Source of the DNA: Torpedo marmorata
Lineage: Eukaryota
Direction: 5' to 3'
DNA: 64,000 bases
NCBI GenBank assembly: GCA_977017645.1
Contig: OZ360237.1
Coordinates: 93,000,001 to 93,064,000 of the forward strand
Positions 39,723-50,559 of this stretch are shown piece by piece. Position numbers and translations under genes: made by a program. A model generated the notes under the pieces. It was not told where the DNA came from. It searched no databases and saw only the letters and a program-made list of their open reading frames with translations. The first letter of the stretch is position 1. Each line of letters opens with the position of its first letter.

Positions 39723-39899
39723 ATGGAGCAGGAACTTTTAAGTGCTGACGAGCTAAGTTCCATGATCCAGACCATCGGTGTCCGAGGGGCTCGCCTGCTG
39801 AGGTTGGGAGTAAAGGCCAAGAAACCAGACTTCGAAGTTGGGTCCTCTTCTCAACTTAAACTCTCCTCTCCTTAGCCAAGAAATCGCACCCTCCACCAG
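39723..39899 (+). CDS. CIAPIN1: Anamorsin coding exon (exon 5); as written it has a frameshift and in-frame TAG at 39873-39875
   Basis: accag| and cag|gtaagt; MEQELLSADELSSMIQTIGVRGARLLRLGVKAKKPDFEVGSSSQLKLS matches the conserved KKPNFEVGSS.QLKLS; the remainder LAKKSHPPP is in another frame. Confidence 0.88.
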
Positions 39900-40530
39900 G
39901 TAAGTGTAAGTCAAAGGGAAGAGTCATTTTGCAGGTATAAGGGTTAATGATAATGATAAGTTTGTTGTCACATACCTTGTATAATGTACAGATTCACCAA
40001 AATTCTTACTTATTGCAGCCGAACAGGTACTTTGTTTTAGAAAAACCTACAAAAACAATTGAAAAGCAACTGCAATCGTATACTTAATTGAATTAAAAAG
40101 ACAATAAATACAGAAAAAAGGTATAAATGTTCACACGTATTCTCATGCAAAAAAAGTGACTGCATTAGTGCAGATGATCCTTTTGTGGTGTCAGAACAGT
40201 CTTGGCAGAGTTTCAAGTGTGGCAGTGGCTTCTTTCTACATCTGACTGATATGCATGAATAAGACTGTTGCACACTCAGCTTGTTCATGCACAGCATCAG
40301 TCAGATGTATATTGAAGCCTCAGCCACCCTTGAACACAGCCAGGACTGTTTCGACACAGGTGTGATCCCGAACTCTGCTCTCAGTAAACAAGGTGTCTGT
40401 TCTTCACTGTTCTTTGTGGGTTACCCTGGATCATGTTTCTCAGTCCCCACCACCTCTCCATGACTTCTCCAATTTCCATTAACCTCTCCTCGTCTCTCTT
40501 TCCCTATTCCTCCGTCTCCTTTCCTCCAGC

Positions 40531-41100
40531 TCCCCACCCCTTCCCTCTGTCTCCCCACCCCTTCCCTCTGTCTCCCCACCCCCTTCCCTCTGTCTCCCCA
40601 CCCCTTCCCTCTGTCTCCCCACCCCTTCCCTCCGTCTCCCCACCCCCTTCCCTCTGTCTCCCCACCCCTTCCCTCTGTCTCCCCACCCCTTCCCTCTGTC
40701 TCCCCACCCCTTCCCTCTGTCTCCCCACCCCCTTCCCTCTGTCTCCCCACCCCTTCCCTCTGTCTCCCCACCCCCTTCCCTCTGTCTCCCCACCCCTTCC
40801 CTCTGTCTCCCCACCCCTTCCCTCCGTCTCCCCACCCCTTCCCTCTGTCTCCCCACCCCTTTCCTCTGTCTCCCCACCCCTTTCCTCCGTCTCCCCACCC
40901 CTTTCCTCCGTCTCCCCACCCCTTTCCTCCGTCTCCCCACCCCTTTCCTCCGTCTCCCCACCCCTTTCCGCTGTCTCCCCACCCCTTTCCTCCGTCTCCC
41001 CACCCCTTTCCTCTGTCTCCCCACCCCTTTCCTCTGTCTCCCCACCCCTTCCCTCTGTCTCCCCACCCCTTTCCTCTGTCTCCCCACCCCTTCCCTCTGT
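40531..41100 (+). repeat. 21-22-bp minisatellite CCCCACCCCTTCCCTCTGTCT, about 27 copies
   Basis: Directly visible. Confidence 0.95.
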
Positions 41101-41239
41101 CTCCTTTCATCCAGCTCCCCACCCCCTTCCCTCTCCTATCAGAGCTGCCCTCTCCCATATCACTTCTCAGTTTCTTTCTCTGCTACTCTCCACCTTGTAT
41201 CCATATATGACCTCGCCTGTTGGGCTATGCTCCTCCCCC

Positions 41240-42070
41240 TCCTCCTCCCCCCTTCCTCTCCTCCCCCTTCCTCTCCTCCCCCTTCCTCTCCTCCCCCTTC
41301 CTCTCCTCCCCCTCCTCTCCTCCCCCTTCCTCTCCTCCCCCTTCCTCTCCCCCCCTTCCTCTCCTCCCCCTTCCTCTCCTCCCCCTTCCTCTCCTCCCCC
41401 TTCCTCTCCTCCCCCTTCCTCTCCTCCCCCTTCCTCTCCTCCCCCTTCCTCTCCTCCCCCTTCCTCTCCTCCCCCTTCCTCTCCTCCCCCTTCCTCTCCT
41501 CCCCCTTCCTCTCCTCCCCCTTCCTCTCCTCCCCCTTCCTCTCCTCCCCTTTCCTCTCCTCCCCCTTCCTCTCCTCCCCCTTCCTCTCCTCCCCCTTCCT
41601 CTCCTCCCCCTTCCTCTCCTCCCCCTTCCTCTCCTCCCCCTTCCTCTCCTCCCCCTTCCTCTCCTCCCCCTTCCTCTCCTCCCCCTTCCTCTCCTCCCCC
41701 TTCCTCTCCTCCCCCTTCCTCTCCTCCCCCTTCCTCTCCTCCCCCTTCCTCTCCTCCCCCTTCCTCTCCTCCCCCTTCCTCTCCTCCCCCTTCCTCTCCT
41801 CCCCCTTCCTCTCCTCCCCCTTCCTCTCCTCCCCCTTCCTCTCCTCCCCCTTCCTCTCCTCCCCCTTCCTCTCCTCCCCCTTCCTCTCCTCCCCCTTCCT
41901 CTCCTCCCCCTTCCTCTCCTCCCCCTTCCTCTCCTCCCCCTTCCTCTCCTCCCCCTTCCTCTCCTCCCCCTTCCTCTCCTTCCCCTTCCTCTCCTCCCCC
42001 TTCCTCTCCTCCCCCTTCCTCTCCTCCCCCTTCCTCTCCTCCCCCTTCCTCTCCTCCCCCTTCCTCTCCT
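41240..42070 (+). repeat. 15-bp pure-pyrimidine minisatellite TTCCTCTCCTCCCCC, about 55 near-perfect copies
   Basis: Directly visible; consecutive 60-nt lines are identical. Confidence 0.97.
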
Positions 42071-42969
42071 CCTATCCTCCTACCCCCTACCTCATCTTTT
42101 TATTCAGGAGCCTACCTGGTTTTGCTTATAACTAAAAAGGCCCCAGGCCCGAAACTTAGGTTACCCTTTACTTTCTATGGATGCTGAATGACCCACTGAG
42201 TTTCTCCAGCACATTTGTGCATTGCACTTGAGTTAACAACAGTTGAGTTTTTGATTTGTAGCCAAAGTGTTAAATCCATCAGTAGTGGTGGTGACAAAAG
42301 ATCCAGTCACAATTCTGATGCCAAACCGATCCTCAGGTTGTGCAGCAGTCGACCTGACCCTGGTGCCAGTGGGATCTGTCAGTGTCAATGTGGTTTGCCT
42401 GACCTGTTGTGTGCCACTCCTTCCCACCCTTGTAATGAGGTCAGTGTCCATGCACGCTTTATTGTGACTGTATCTGTGAAAAGGTGGGAGCTTGCATCCG
42501 TGTCATTGATCAGAGCCCTTGCCTATTCCCCCTCAGTTGCTGCCTTATTGATTCAGGCACCAGACTCCTTGCCAGTACATCCAATCTGGGGCACATGGAG
42601 AAAGGCAGTGAGCTTGCTCTGGGCAGGGAGGAGTGTTGGCACAGAACCAGTGTCAGAAGTCGAAGAGCTAAAGTAGCTGTGCAGTGCACTCTGCTTGTGG
42701 TTGACGTGGCCAGAACGTGCCTGTGTAGAACGCGGCCACAAGTTCACCCACTCCGGTGTGACAGAGTAGCAAGAGCAGCACAGGGTAGGGGGAGATTGTA
42801 CCCCTGAGGAATGAGCTGCATCATTAACCTCAGAGTAAGCTACTGCATTAACCCCAGGTAGGGGAGCGTTTATTGGTTTGCTGATTGACTGCAGCCTGCC
42901 ATGTCAACTGGGTCTGTGGTCTGAAACTGCAGAACAAGAGACTGTCACAGTATATACTGCAGTGTAATT

Positions 42970-43620
42970 GTACATCCGCAGGGGTCATTTACTGTATCCA
43001 GTGTTCCCAGTGTGGCCTCCTCTAAATTGGGGAGACTGGACACAGACTGGGAAATCGATACGCTGAGTACCTACGCTCTGTCCGCTGCAACAGCAAGAAC
43101 CTCCCAGTGGCCAACCACTTCGATTCCACACTCCATTGCCACACAGACATGTTTGTCCATGGCCTCCTGCACTGCCAACCGAGGCTCCCATAAATTGGAG
43201 GAACAGCATCTTGTGTTCTGTCTGGACACTCTCCAATCAGACAGCTTAAACATAGACTTCTCCAATTTCTTTAAAATCACTCTCCTGAGTCTCTCTTTCT
43301 GTATCCTTCTGTCTCCTTCCCTCCAGCTCCCCATCCCCTTTCCTTCCCTCTCCTATCAGAGAGCTGCCCCTCCCCATCACTTCTCAGCAATTTTCTCCGA
43401 CCCTCCCACCTGTATCCACCTGTTGGCCTGTACTTCTCTCCCTGCCCCGTCCTCCCTCTACTCTCCTCCTCCCTCCTCCCCCCTCACCCCACCTTTTATT
43501 CAGGCACCTGCCTAATTTTGCTCATAACTTTATGAAAGACCCAGGCCCAATAAGGTGGTTACCTTTCGCTTCCTATGGATGCTGTGTAACCTGCAGAGTT
43601 CCTACAGCATGTTTGTGTAT
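42970..43620 (+). mobile_element. Penelope-like element fragment (GIY-YIG endonuclease and 3' region)
   Basis: Reads TSAGVIYCIQCSQCGLL*IGETGHRLGNR...PVANHFD...KLEEQHLVF...LNIDFSNF. Confidence 0.75.
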
Positions 43621-43849
43621 TTTAATTGTAAACTGAAATAACTCCATTTACCAAGAGGTCACTTTCCAGGAAGCTGCCACAATTTGAAGGCGACAAGTGG
43701 GAATATTCACTGAGGGTGCAAGATCTCCTTTCTCATCAATGTGTACACATCTGTGCACATACTGTCAGGATATGGTGGGGAGCCAGAGGCAGGAGGGATT
43801 CAGCATCAAGCTCAAACAGGTGACTAACCAGTGGAATTTGGTGTTGCAG

Positions 43850-43923
43850 AGAACCCACAATTGGACCCCACTACAGCAAAGGCTTGGATCTTGTCAGCTA
43901 TGGATATGAATGATGAGGATGTG
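43850..43923 (+). CDS. CIAPIN1: Anamorsin coding exon (exon 6), linker
   Basis: ttgcag| and |gtgagt; 74 nt; (E)NPQLDPTTAKAWILSAMDMNDEDV resembles human [24 protein letters not shown]. Confidence 0.92.
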
Positions 43924-43925
43924 GT

Positions 43926-44130
43926 GAGTTCCCTCCGTCCCCGCCACCTCTCCCCGCCAGTTCCCTCCGTCCCCTCCCCCCACCAGATCCCTCCGTCCCC
44001 GCCACCTCTCCCCGCCAGATCCCTCCGTCCCCGCCACCTCTCCCCGCCAGTTCCCTCCCCGTCAGTTCCCTCCCTCCCCGCCACCTCTCCCCGTCAGATC
44101 CCTCAGTCCCATTCCACCTCACCCCGTCAG
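43926..44130 (+). repeat. C-rich minisatellite (ccctccgtccccgccacctctccccgccag) directly after the exon 6 donor
   Basis: About 6 imperfect units of about 31 bp. Confidence 0.85.
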
Positions 44131-44769
44131 TTTAAGATTCTTTATTGTCATGTAATAATACAGAAATTGTAATATTGCACGAAATATATTTTTGCCTGCC
44201 ATAAGGCAGACAAAGAGTCGCCATTAATATTGTCCCGGTGCCCCTTACATTAAGACAGAGAAGCAAAAGAGGGTCTCTTCAGAGACACTGAGTGATGGTG
44301 GATTCACCTCCAGCACTCCCGCAGCCTTTGCAACGGCACAGACCCCTGTTTAATTCATTGGCAACCCGAGCTCCAGATCCAAACCTCCGACACGATCAGG
44401 AAGCCTTTGGCACCTGAGGCCCTTGGGGAGCCAATCTTGCCCTCAGCACCCTCAGGAATCCCAGTTCTTATTCTGATACCTGGCTCCCATGAACCAGTCT
44501 CCAGCAGCCCGCAGTCTGTGTGGGTCCCACCACCCAAGTTATCAATCAGCATGGGTAGCCCTCCCCCTCTCTGCGGGACATGTCATAGTTGGGAGCTGCA
44601 GCGCAGTGACATACATCACTATCTCCATGTCCAGGGATCTCGAGCGTCTGCAAGGTTGAATTTCCAAAGTTCAGGGATGCTTTCAAGGGCAGTAGGTTTC
44701 CAAGGGGGAGGGAGAACAGCCACAGGGTGTGTCACACTGTAACAAGATAAAATAAGCAAGATAACATTT

Positions 44770-45025
44770 TAATTTTAATTTGGAGATACATCATTGTAAT
44801 GAGCCCTTCCGGGCCACAAGGCTGCGCCACGCAAATACATCCATTTGACCAATTAAACTACTAACCCTGTCCATCGTTGGAACGTGGGAGGAAACCGGAG
44901 CACCCAGAGGAAAGCCACGCAGTCACATGGAGAACGTACAAACTCCTCAGAGACAGCAACGGATTTAAACCCAGATGCTGGCACTGTAATAGTGTTGATC
45001 CAACCATGCACTGACTATGCTGCCC
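44770..45025 (-). mobile_element. tRNA-derived SINE (HE1/V-SINE-like); related copies near 22780-22935, 27755-27990, 29810-30000 and 30180-30390
   Basis: gtgggaggaaaccggagcacccagaggaaa is the reverse complement of the V-domain-like core ctccggtttcctccca. Confidence 0.6.
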
Positions 45026-45168
45026 AAGCAATAAGTAAAATGAAAGATTAACAAAACAATGTCGAAGGTACAGCAATATAATCAATATCCAGCAAGTCTC
45101 ACATTTTTCTGATCGTCGGGGACCTGGGTTTACAACGGCTGGCTTCGAAAATCTCAGAGGTTGGCATA

Positions 45169-47410
45169 CAGTGCCCTCCATAATATTTAGGACAAAGACA
45201 CATTTTTTCCTTTATTTGCCCCTGTGCTCCACAGTTTTAAATTTGTAATCAAACAATTCACGTGATTAAAATGCACATTCCAGATTTTATTCAAGGTTAT
45301 TTGTATACATTTTGGTTTGACCATGTAGAATTACAGCACTTTTTATACATAGTTCCCCCATTTCAGGGCACCATAATGTTTGGGACATTTGGCTTCACAG
45401 GTGTTTGTGAGTACTCAGGTATGTTTATTGCTTCATTGGTGCAGGTATAAGAGAGCTAGGCTTGTTTCTAAGCTTTTGATCACCTTTGGAGTCTGTAGTT
45501 GCCATTTTTCAACATGAGGCCAGAGTTGTGCCAATGAAAGTTAAAGAAGCCATCATGAGGCTGAAAAACAAGAATAAAACAGTAAGAGACATCACCCAAA
45601 CCTTAGGATTACCCAAATCAACAGTTTGGAACATCATTAAGAAGAAAGAGTGTACTGGTGAGCTCAGTAATCGTAAAGGGACTGGTATTGCAAGGAAGAC
45701 CTCCACTGCTGATGACAGAAGAATTCTCATCATAATGAAGAAAAATCCTCAAACGCCTGTCCAACAGATCAGAAACACTCTTCAGGAGGCAGGTGTGGAT
45801 GTGTCAATGACTACTGACCGCAGAAGACTTCATGAACAGAAATACAGGGGCTACACTGAAAGATGCAAACCACTAGTTAACCACAGAAACAGGATGGCCA
45901 GATTTCAGTTTGCCAAGAAAAATTTAAAAGAACCTGCAGAATTCTGGAAAAAGGCAAGGAACTGCCCATGATCCAAAGCATACCACCTCATCTGTGAAAC
46001 ATGGTAGTGGGGGTGTTATGGCCTGGACATGTGTGGCTGCCACAGGTACTGGTGCACTCATCTTCATTGATGATGTAACTGCTGATGGCAGTAGCAAAAT
46101 GAATTCTGAGGTGTATAGAAACATCTTATCTGCTCAGGTTCAAGCAAATGCCTCCAAACTCATTAGACGGCGCTTCATCCTACAGCAAGACAATGATTCC
46201 AAACATACTGCTAAAGCAACAAAGGAGTTTTTCAAAGCTAAAAACTGGAAAATTCCTGAATGGCCAAGTCAGTCACCCGATCTAAATCTAATTGAGCATG
46301 CCTTCCATAAGCTTAAGAGAAAACTTAAGGGGACAAGCCCCCGAAACAATCAGGAGCTGAAGATGACTGCAGTAGAGGCCTGGCAGAGCATCACCAGAGA
46401 AGATACTGTTATAACTCAAACCAGCAACAACAAGACGCAATTCAAAAGGGTTAAATTTTAACTCTATATTTATTAATGACTATTAAAAATATAATGTCTT
46501 AACACAATTAACCCCACTATAAGTATCTATAGCAAATATACGGATATCATATATTTATAAACAGTGTATATGTGAAAAACCCAGACCATTACAGTCTGTG
46601 CCCAATATTCAAAAAGGAAAAATCCCCAAAACCCCAGGTCAGTCAGTCAAGTAAGTCAGTCCAAAAAAACAGTCCACAAAATTCAATCTCAAAGTTCAAT
46701 GTCCAAGTTCAGTTCTTTAACTGATAACAAAGGACGTCGTATTGAACGTTGGAAAGAGAAATGACTGATGTTGCGTTGCAGTAAGCTTACGAATCCTTTT
46801 TCAGGCTTCCTCAGGTGATTTCCCTTGGTTCGCAGTGTGGTTTTTAACCCTCCCTCACTTATGAGGCATGTGCATTTCACACAGCTCTCCAGCTGCCCTC
46901 TACCGCTCCAACGACTGTTCTAACTGCCGTTCTGCCACTCCATCTGCCGTTCCATTGTCTCTCTGTCTGCACAGCTCGACCTTGGCGAGTCAGCACTCAG
47001 CTATACCACAAGTCACACAGAGTTCTCAGCAGAATTCCATCCTTTATAATGACAGTCCACAGTCCAAAAGGTCAGTCCATGGCCCATAACAATACTCAGC
47101 ACCTGGTTATGTCTATGAATTACAGACTTCAAGCAGTCATTGCATGCAAGGGATGTGCAACAAAGTACAAAACATGACTACTTTAATAGACATACCATTG
47201 CTATGTCCCAAATATTATGGTCCCCTGAAATGAGGGGGCTATGTATAAAAAGTGCTGGTCAAACCAAAATGTATACAATTAACCTTGAATAAAATCTGAA
47301 TGTGCACTTTAATCACATTTGAATTGTTTGATTACAAATTTAAAACTGTGGAGCACAGGGACAAATAAAGGACAAAAGTGTCTTTGTCCCAAACATTAAG
47401 GAGGGCACTT
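45169..47410 (+). mobile_element. Tc1-family (IR/DR) transposon, defective, interrupted by a solo LTR
   Basis: About 220-bp TIRs with an internal direct repeat (cataatgtttgggaca); transposase motifs QQDNDSKH and WPSQSPDLNLIE; C-terminus QHLVMSMNYRLQAVIACKG resumes at 47096. Confidence 0.9.
46407..47091 (-). mobile_element. Solo LTR (685 bp) inside the Tc1 transposase
   Basis: TGTTAT...ATAACA termini; 4-bp TSD ATAC at 46403-46406 and 47092-47095; TATAAA near 47043 and AATAAA near 46470 on the - strand; orientation inferred from these. Confidence 0.8.
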
Positions 47411-47540
47411 TCGGAGTTGTGCTGTTTTTCCTATGGAAGTCGTTGGTGTGGCCTGCCCAACCTAGGACAGCAGAAGTAGTTCAATCGCTGTAGAGTAACA
47501 TGGAGTGATGTCTGTTATCCCCATCTCTGCTTTTCCACAG

Positions 47541-47659
47541 GAGCTCATAGATTCTGACGAGTTATTAGATGAGAACGATTTGAGGAAGCCTGACTCCGCC
47601 TCACTCCATTCCATGAGCTGTGGAGACGGCAAGAAAAAGAAACGGGCCTGTAAAAACTG
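47541..47659 (+). CDS. CIAPIN1: Anamorsin coding exon (exon 7), start of the first Fe-S cysteine motif
   Basis: ccacag| and |gtcagt; 119 nt; [39 protein letters not shown](C). Confidence 0.95.
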
Positions 47660-48247
47660 GTCAGTGTCCTGCCCTCGCCCAGAACTACCCCTACTGTCAA
47701 CATCAGCATCCGCCGCCTGCCTGATATTCACCCTGCATCTATGAAGTCAGTGAATCCGTCTTTTGACCTCACCACCATAGAACACTATGACACAGAAACG
47801 TGCCTTTCAGTCCATTTCGTCTGTGCCAAACTATTATTCTGCTCAGTCCTATTGACCTGAACCCAGACCATAGCCCTCCATACCTCTCCCATCCATGAAC
47901 CTATCCAAATTTTTCTTGTATGTCAAAATTTAACCTGCTTTCACCACTCCAGCTGACAGCTCGTTCCATACTCTCACCACTCTCTGTGTGTTTCCTTTAA
48001 ATGTGAAAGTAATGGTCAGCCTAGTGTAGACTAATGTAGATTAATCAATTTTAATTAACGTTTCCATGTGTCTTGCTGCTTTGTGAAAGAATGCAGAGAG
48101 GGTCATAGGCACTTTAAGAGAAGTGAGAGGCCCATGATGTGTGTCGTCAGGCAAACCTCAGCCTGCTAGTAAATCTCCGTTAGCCTTGAGTTCCTCAGAT
48201 TAGGTGAATCACAAGAACAAAGCTCAATGAAATGTACAAGCTAAATG

Positions 48248-48487
48248 TCAAGTCAAATTCATTGTCATCTGATTGCACAAGTACAACCCGACGAAACAGT
48301 GTTCTCCGGTCCTTGGTGCAAAACATGCAGACACACAACCAGACATAGCACTTACAGACAAACAATACACATGCAGGACAAATACTGTATTCATATATAC
48401 AAATAAATAAATATTGCTTTGTGAATATGAGAGTCTCAGATGGTTAGTGCGAGCAGTTCCATTCAGCATTCTCACTGCCCGTGGGAA
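48248..48487 (-). mobile_element. Rex/Babar family 2 3' stub
   Basis: tcaagtcaa tail; 3'UTR matches the reverse complement of about 21830-22040. Confidence 0.78.
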
Positions 48488-48849
48488 ATGTTTGGTGTAA
48501 TGTTTCTCTTCGATGTCTTTTATCTCATATTAGTTATCTCCTGGGTATGAATGAAGCAATGCAAACAAGTGTGAATAATGTCTAGATGTTCGTTCCCTAT
48601 CTTAGGTTAGTAAAAGAATTCACAGTATCAGGGGCTGTAGTATCTCCTGGGTGCTGACTGAAAGAATTGTAAATGCCTGATCAAAGCTAATGGTTTCAGA
48701 ACGTTGATGCCAGAGTCAGAAAAAAAAGATACAGGTAGGAACCAGCTTGACCACTGACTGAGATTAAAGACGAGAAGTCGTAAAAAACTATATATAAGCA
48801 GGAGTCTGACCATTTGGCAGACTCACTTCCTGCAGGACCAGCTGCTCGG

Positions 48850-49882
48850 TAGCAGTTAAGAACATCTCCATCAGTACCAGAGCAACACAGGGTTGTGTTT
48901 TGAGACCCCTGCTCTACTCGCTTTATACCTGCGACTGTGTGGCTTGGTACGACAACAACACCATCTACAAATTCGCTGACGATACCACGGTAGTGCGTTG
49001 TATAAAAAGGGGTGATGAGTCACCATACAAGATGGAGATTGAAAACCTGGCTGAATGGTGCACCAACAACCACCTCGCACTCAATGTTACCAAAACGAAG
49101 GAGCTGATTGTTGACTTCAGGAAGGGAAAACCAGAGGTGTGTACGATCCAGTAATCATTCAGGGATCAGAGGTGGAGAGGGTGAGCAAATGTAAGTTCTT
49201 GGGAGTCACTATCTCGGAGGATTTTACCTGGACCAACACACTAATGGTGTCATGAAGAAAGCATGTCAGCGCCTCTACTTACTCAGCTGTTTACGGAGGT
49301 TTGGCATGACATCGGAAACCCTGGCAAATTTCTACAGATGTGTGGTGGAAAGTGTGCTGACCGGCTGCATCACAGTCTGGTATGGGAACACCAATACCCC
49401 TGAGCGTAAAGCTCTGCAAAAGGTAGTGGTCACAGCCCAGGATATCACAGGTAAATCCCTCCCCACCATCGAGAAAATTTACAGGGAACACTGCCATCGG
49501 AAAGCAACTGCAATCATCAAGGATCCACACCACCCAGCACACGCTCTGTTCTCGCTGCTACCATCAGGAAAGAGGTATAGGTGCCACAAGACTCGCACCA
49601 CCAGGTTCAGGAACAGCTGCTACCCCTCCACCATCAGATTCCTCAACAACAAACTCAATCAGGGACTTATTTAAGGACTTACTTTTGCACTTTATTGATT
49701 TTTTTATTCTCTGTATTGCACAGTCAGTTTGTGTGCATTTCTTTATTTGTTTACATGTGTACGATGAGTCGGTTTTTTTTTTGCACTGCCAATAAGTGGT
49801 AATTCTGCCTTGCCCACAGGATAAAGAATCTCAGGGTTGTATGTGATGTCATGTATGTACTCTGACAAAAAATCTGAATCTG
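48850..49882 (+). mobile_element. Rex/Babar family 3 fragment, (ATCTGA)n tail
   Basis: KFADDTTVV and LRRFGMTSETLANFYRC motifs. Confidence 0.82.
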
Positions 49883-50559
49883 ACCCTGCATTAACTCAAG
49901 TTTCTCAAAGCTAATAAAATGGTACTCTTAATAAGGTTGTGGTCCTGAAATTTGTTCTAAGGTTTGGAAGGCAAGGAAACTTTAATATAAACATTTCACC
50001 TTTCACCCTTAACCCATGTCCTGTAGTCTCACCCAACCTCAGTGGGAAAAGCCTGCCTACATTTACTCTATCTATACCCTTCTTAATTTTGTATACCTCA
50101 TTCTTCTACGTTCCAGGGAATAATGTCCTAACTTGTTTAATCTTTCCCTGTAACTCAGTTCCTCGAGTTACGGCAACATCCTTGTGAATCTTGTCTGCAT
50201 TCTTTCACTCCCTCTCCCTCCCTCCCCAAACTACAAAACACATTCTGGTTTCCCCCTCCACTTTCCAGTCCCCACCTCCACAACCCAACATGCTGTGCCT
50301 ACCTCCCCCACGTCGCTCTGCCCTCCCCCGAGGAACACTCTCCATTGTTCTTCTCCCGTGGTCAGGGAATTGACACCCATTGCCTTTTGGCCGTGTTCCC
50401 ACTGTGTTGCTCATCTTCCCTCACGCCCTCTTCATCTGCCCCCCTAGACCATCTCATTCCCTCATTCTAAGGCCCCCGAATGTTAACCCACCAGCCGATA
50501 CAATGTTCCACTCTCCCCTCCTACACTGCCTTCTCACTCCTCGTCTCTGCACAGCCATC

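Larger units (their letters stand above)
40460..42225 (+). mobile_element. Penelope-like 3' region expanded by two minisatellites
   Basis: Shares gacttctccaatttc, tcctatcagag and ggttaccttt...ctatggatgctg with 43255-43620. Confidence 0.7.

Noticed and set aside
39873-39875. Programmed stop-codon readthrough or recoding in exon 5
   Set aside because: Homology continues in a different frame after a tandem 5-mer; an indel explains it more simply
40421-42187. Extensin-like SSPPP and LLPLP ORFs (584, 303 and 302 aa)
   Set aside because: Stop-free pyrimidine tandem repeats within an intron
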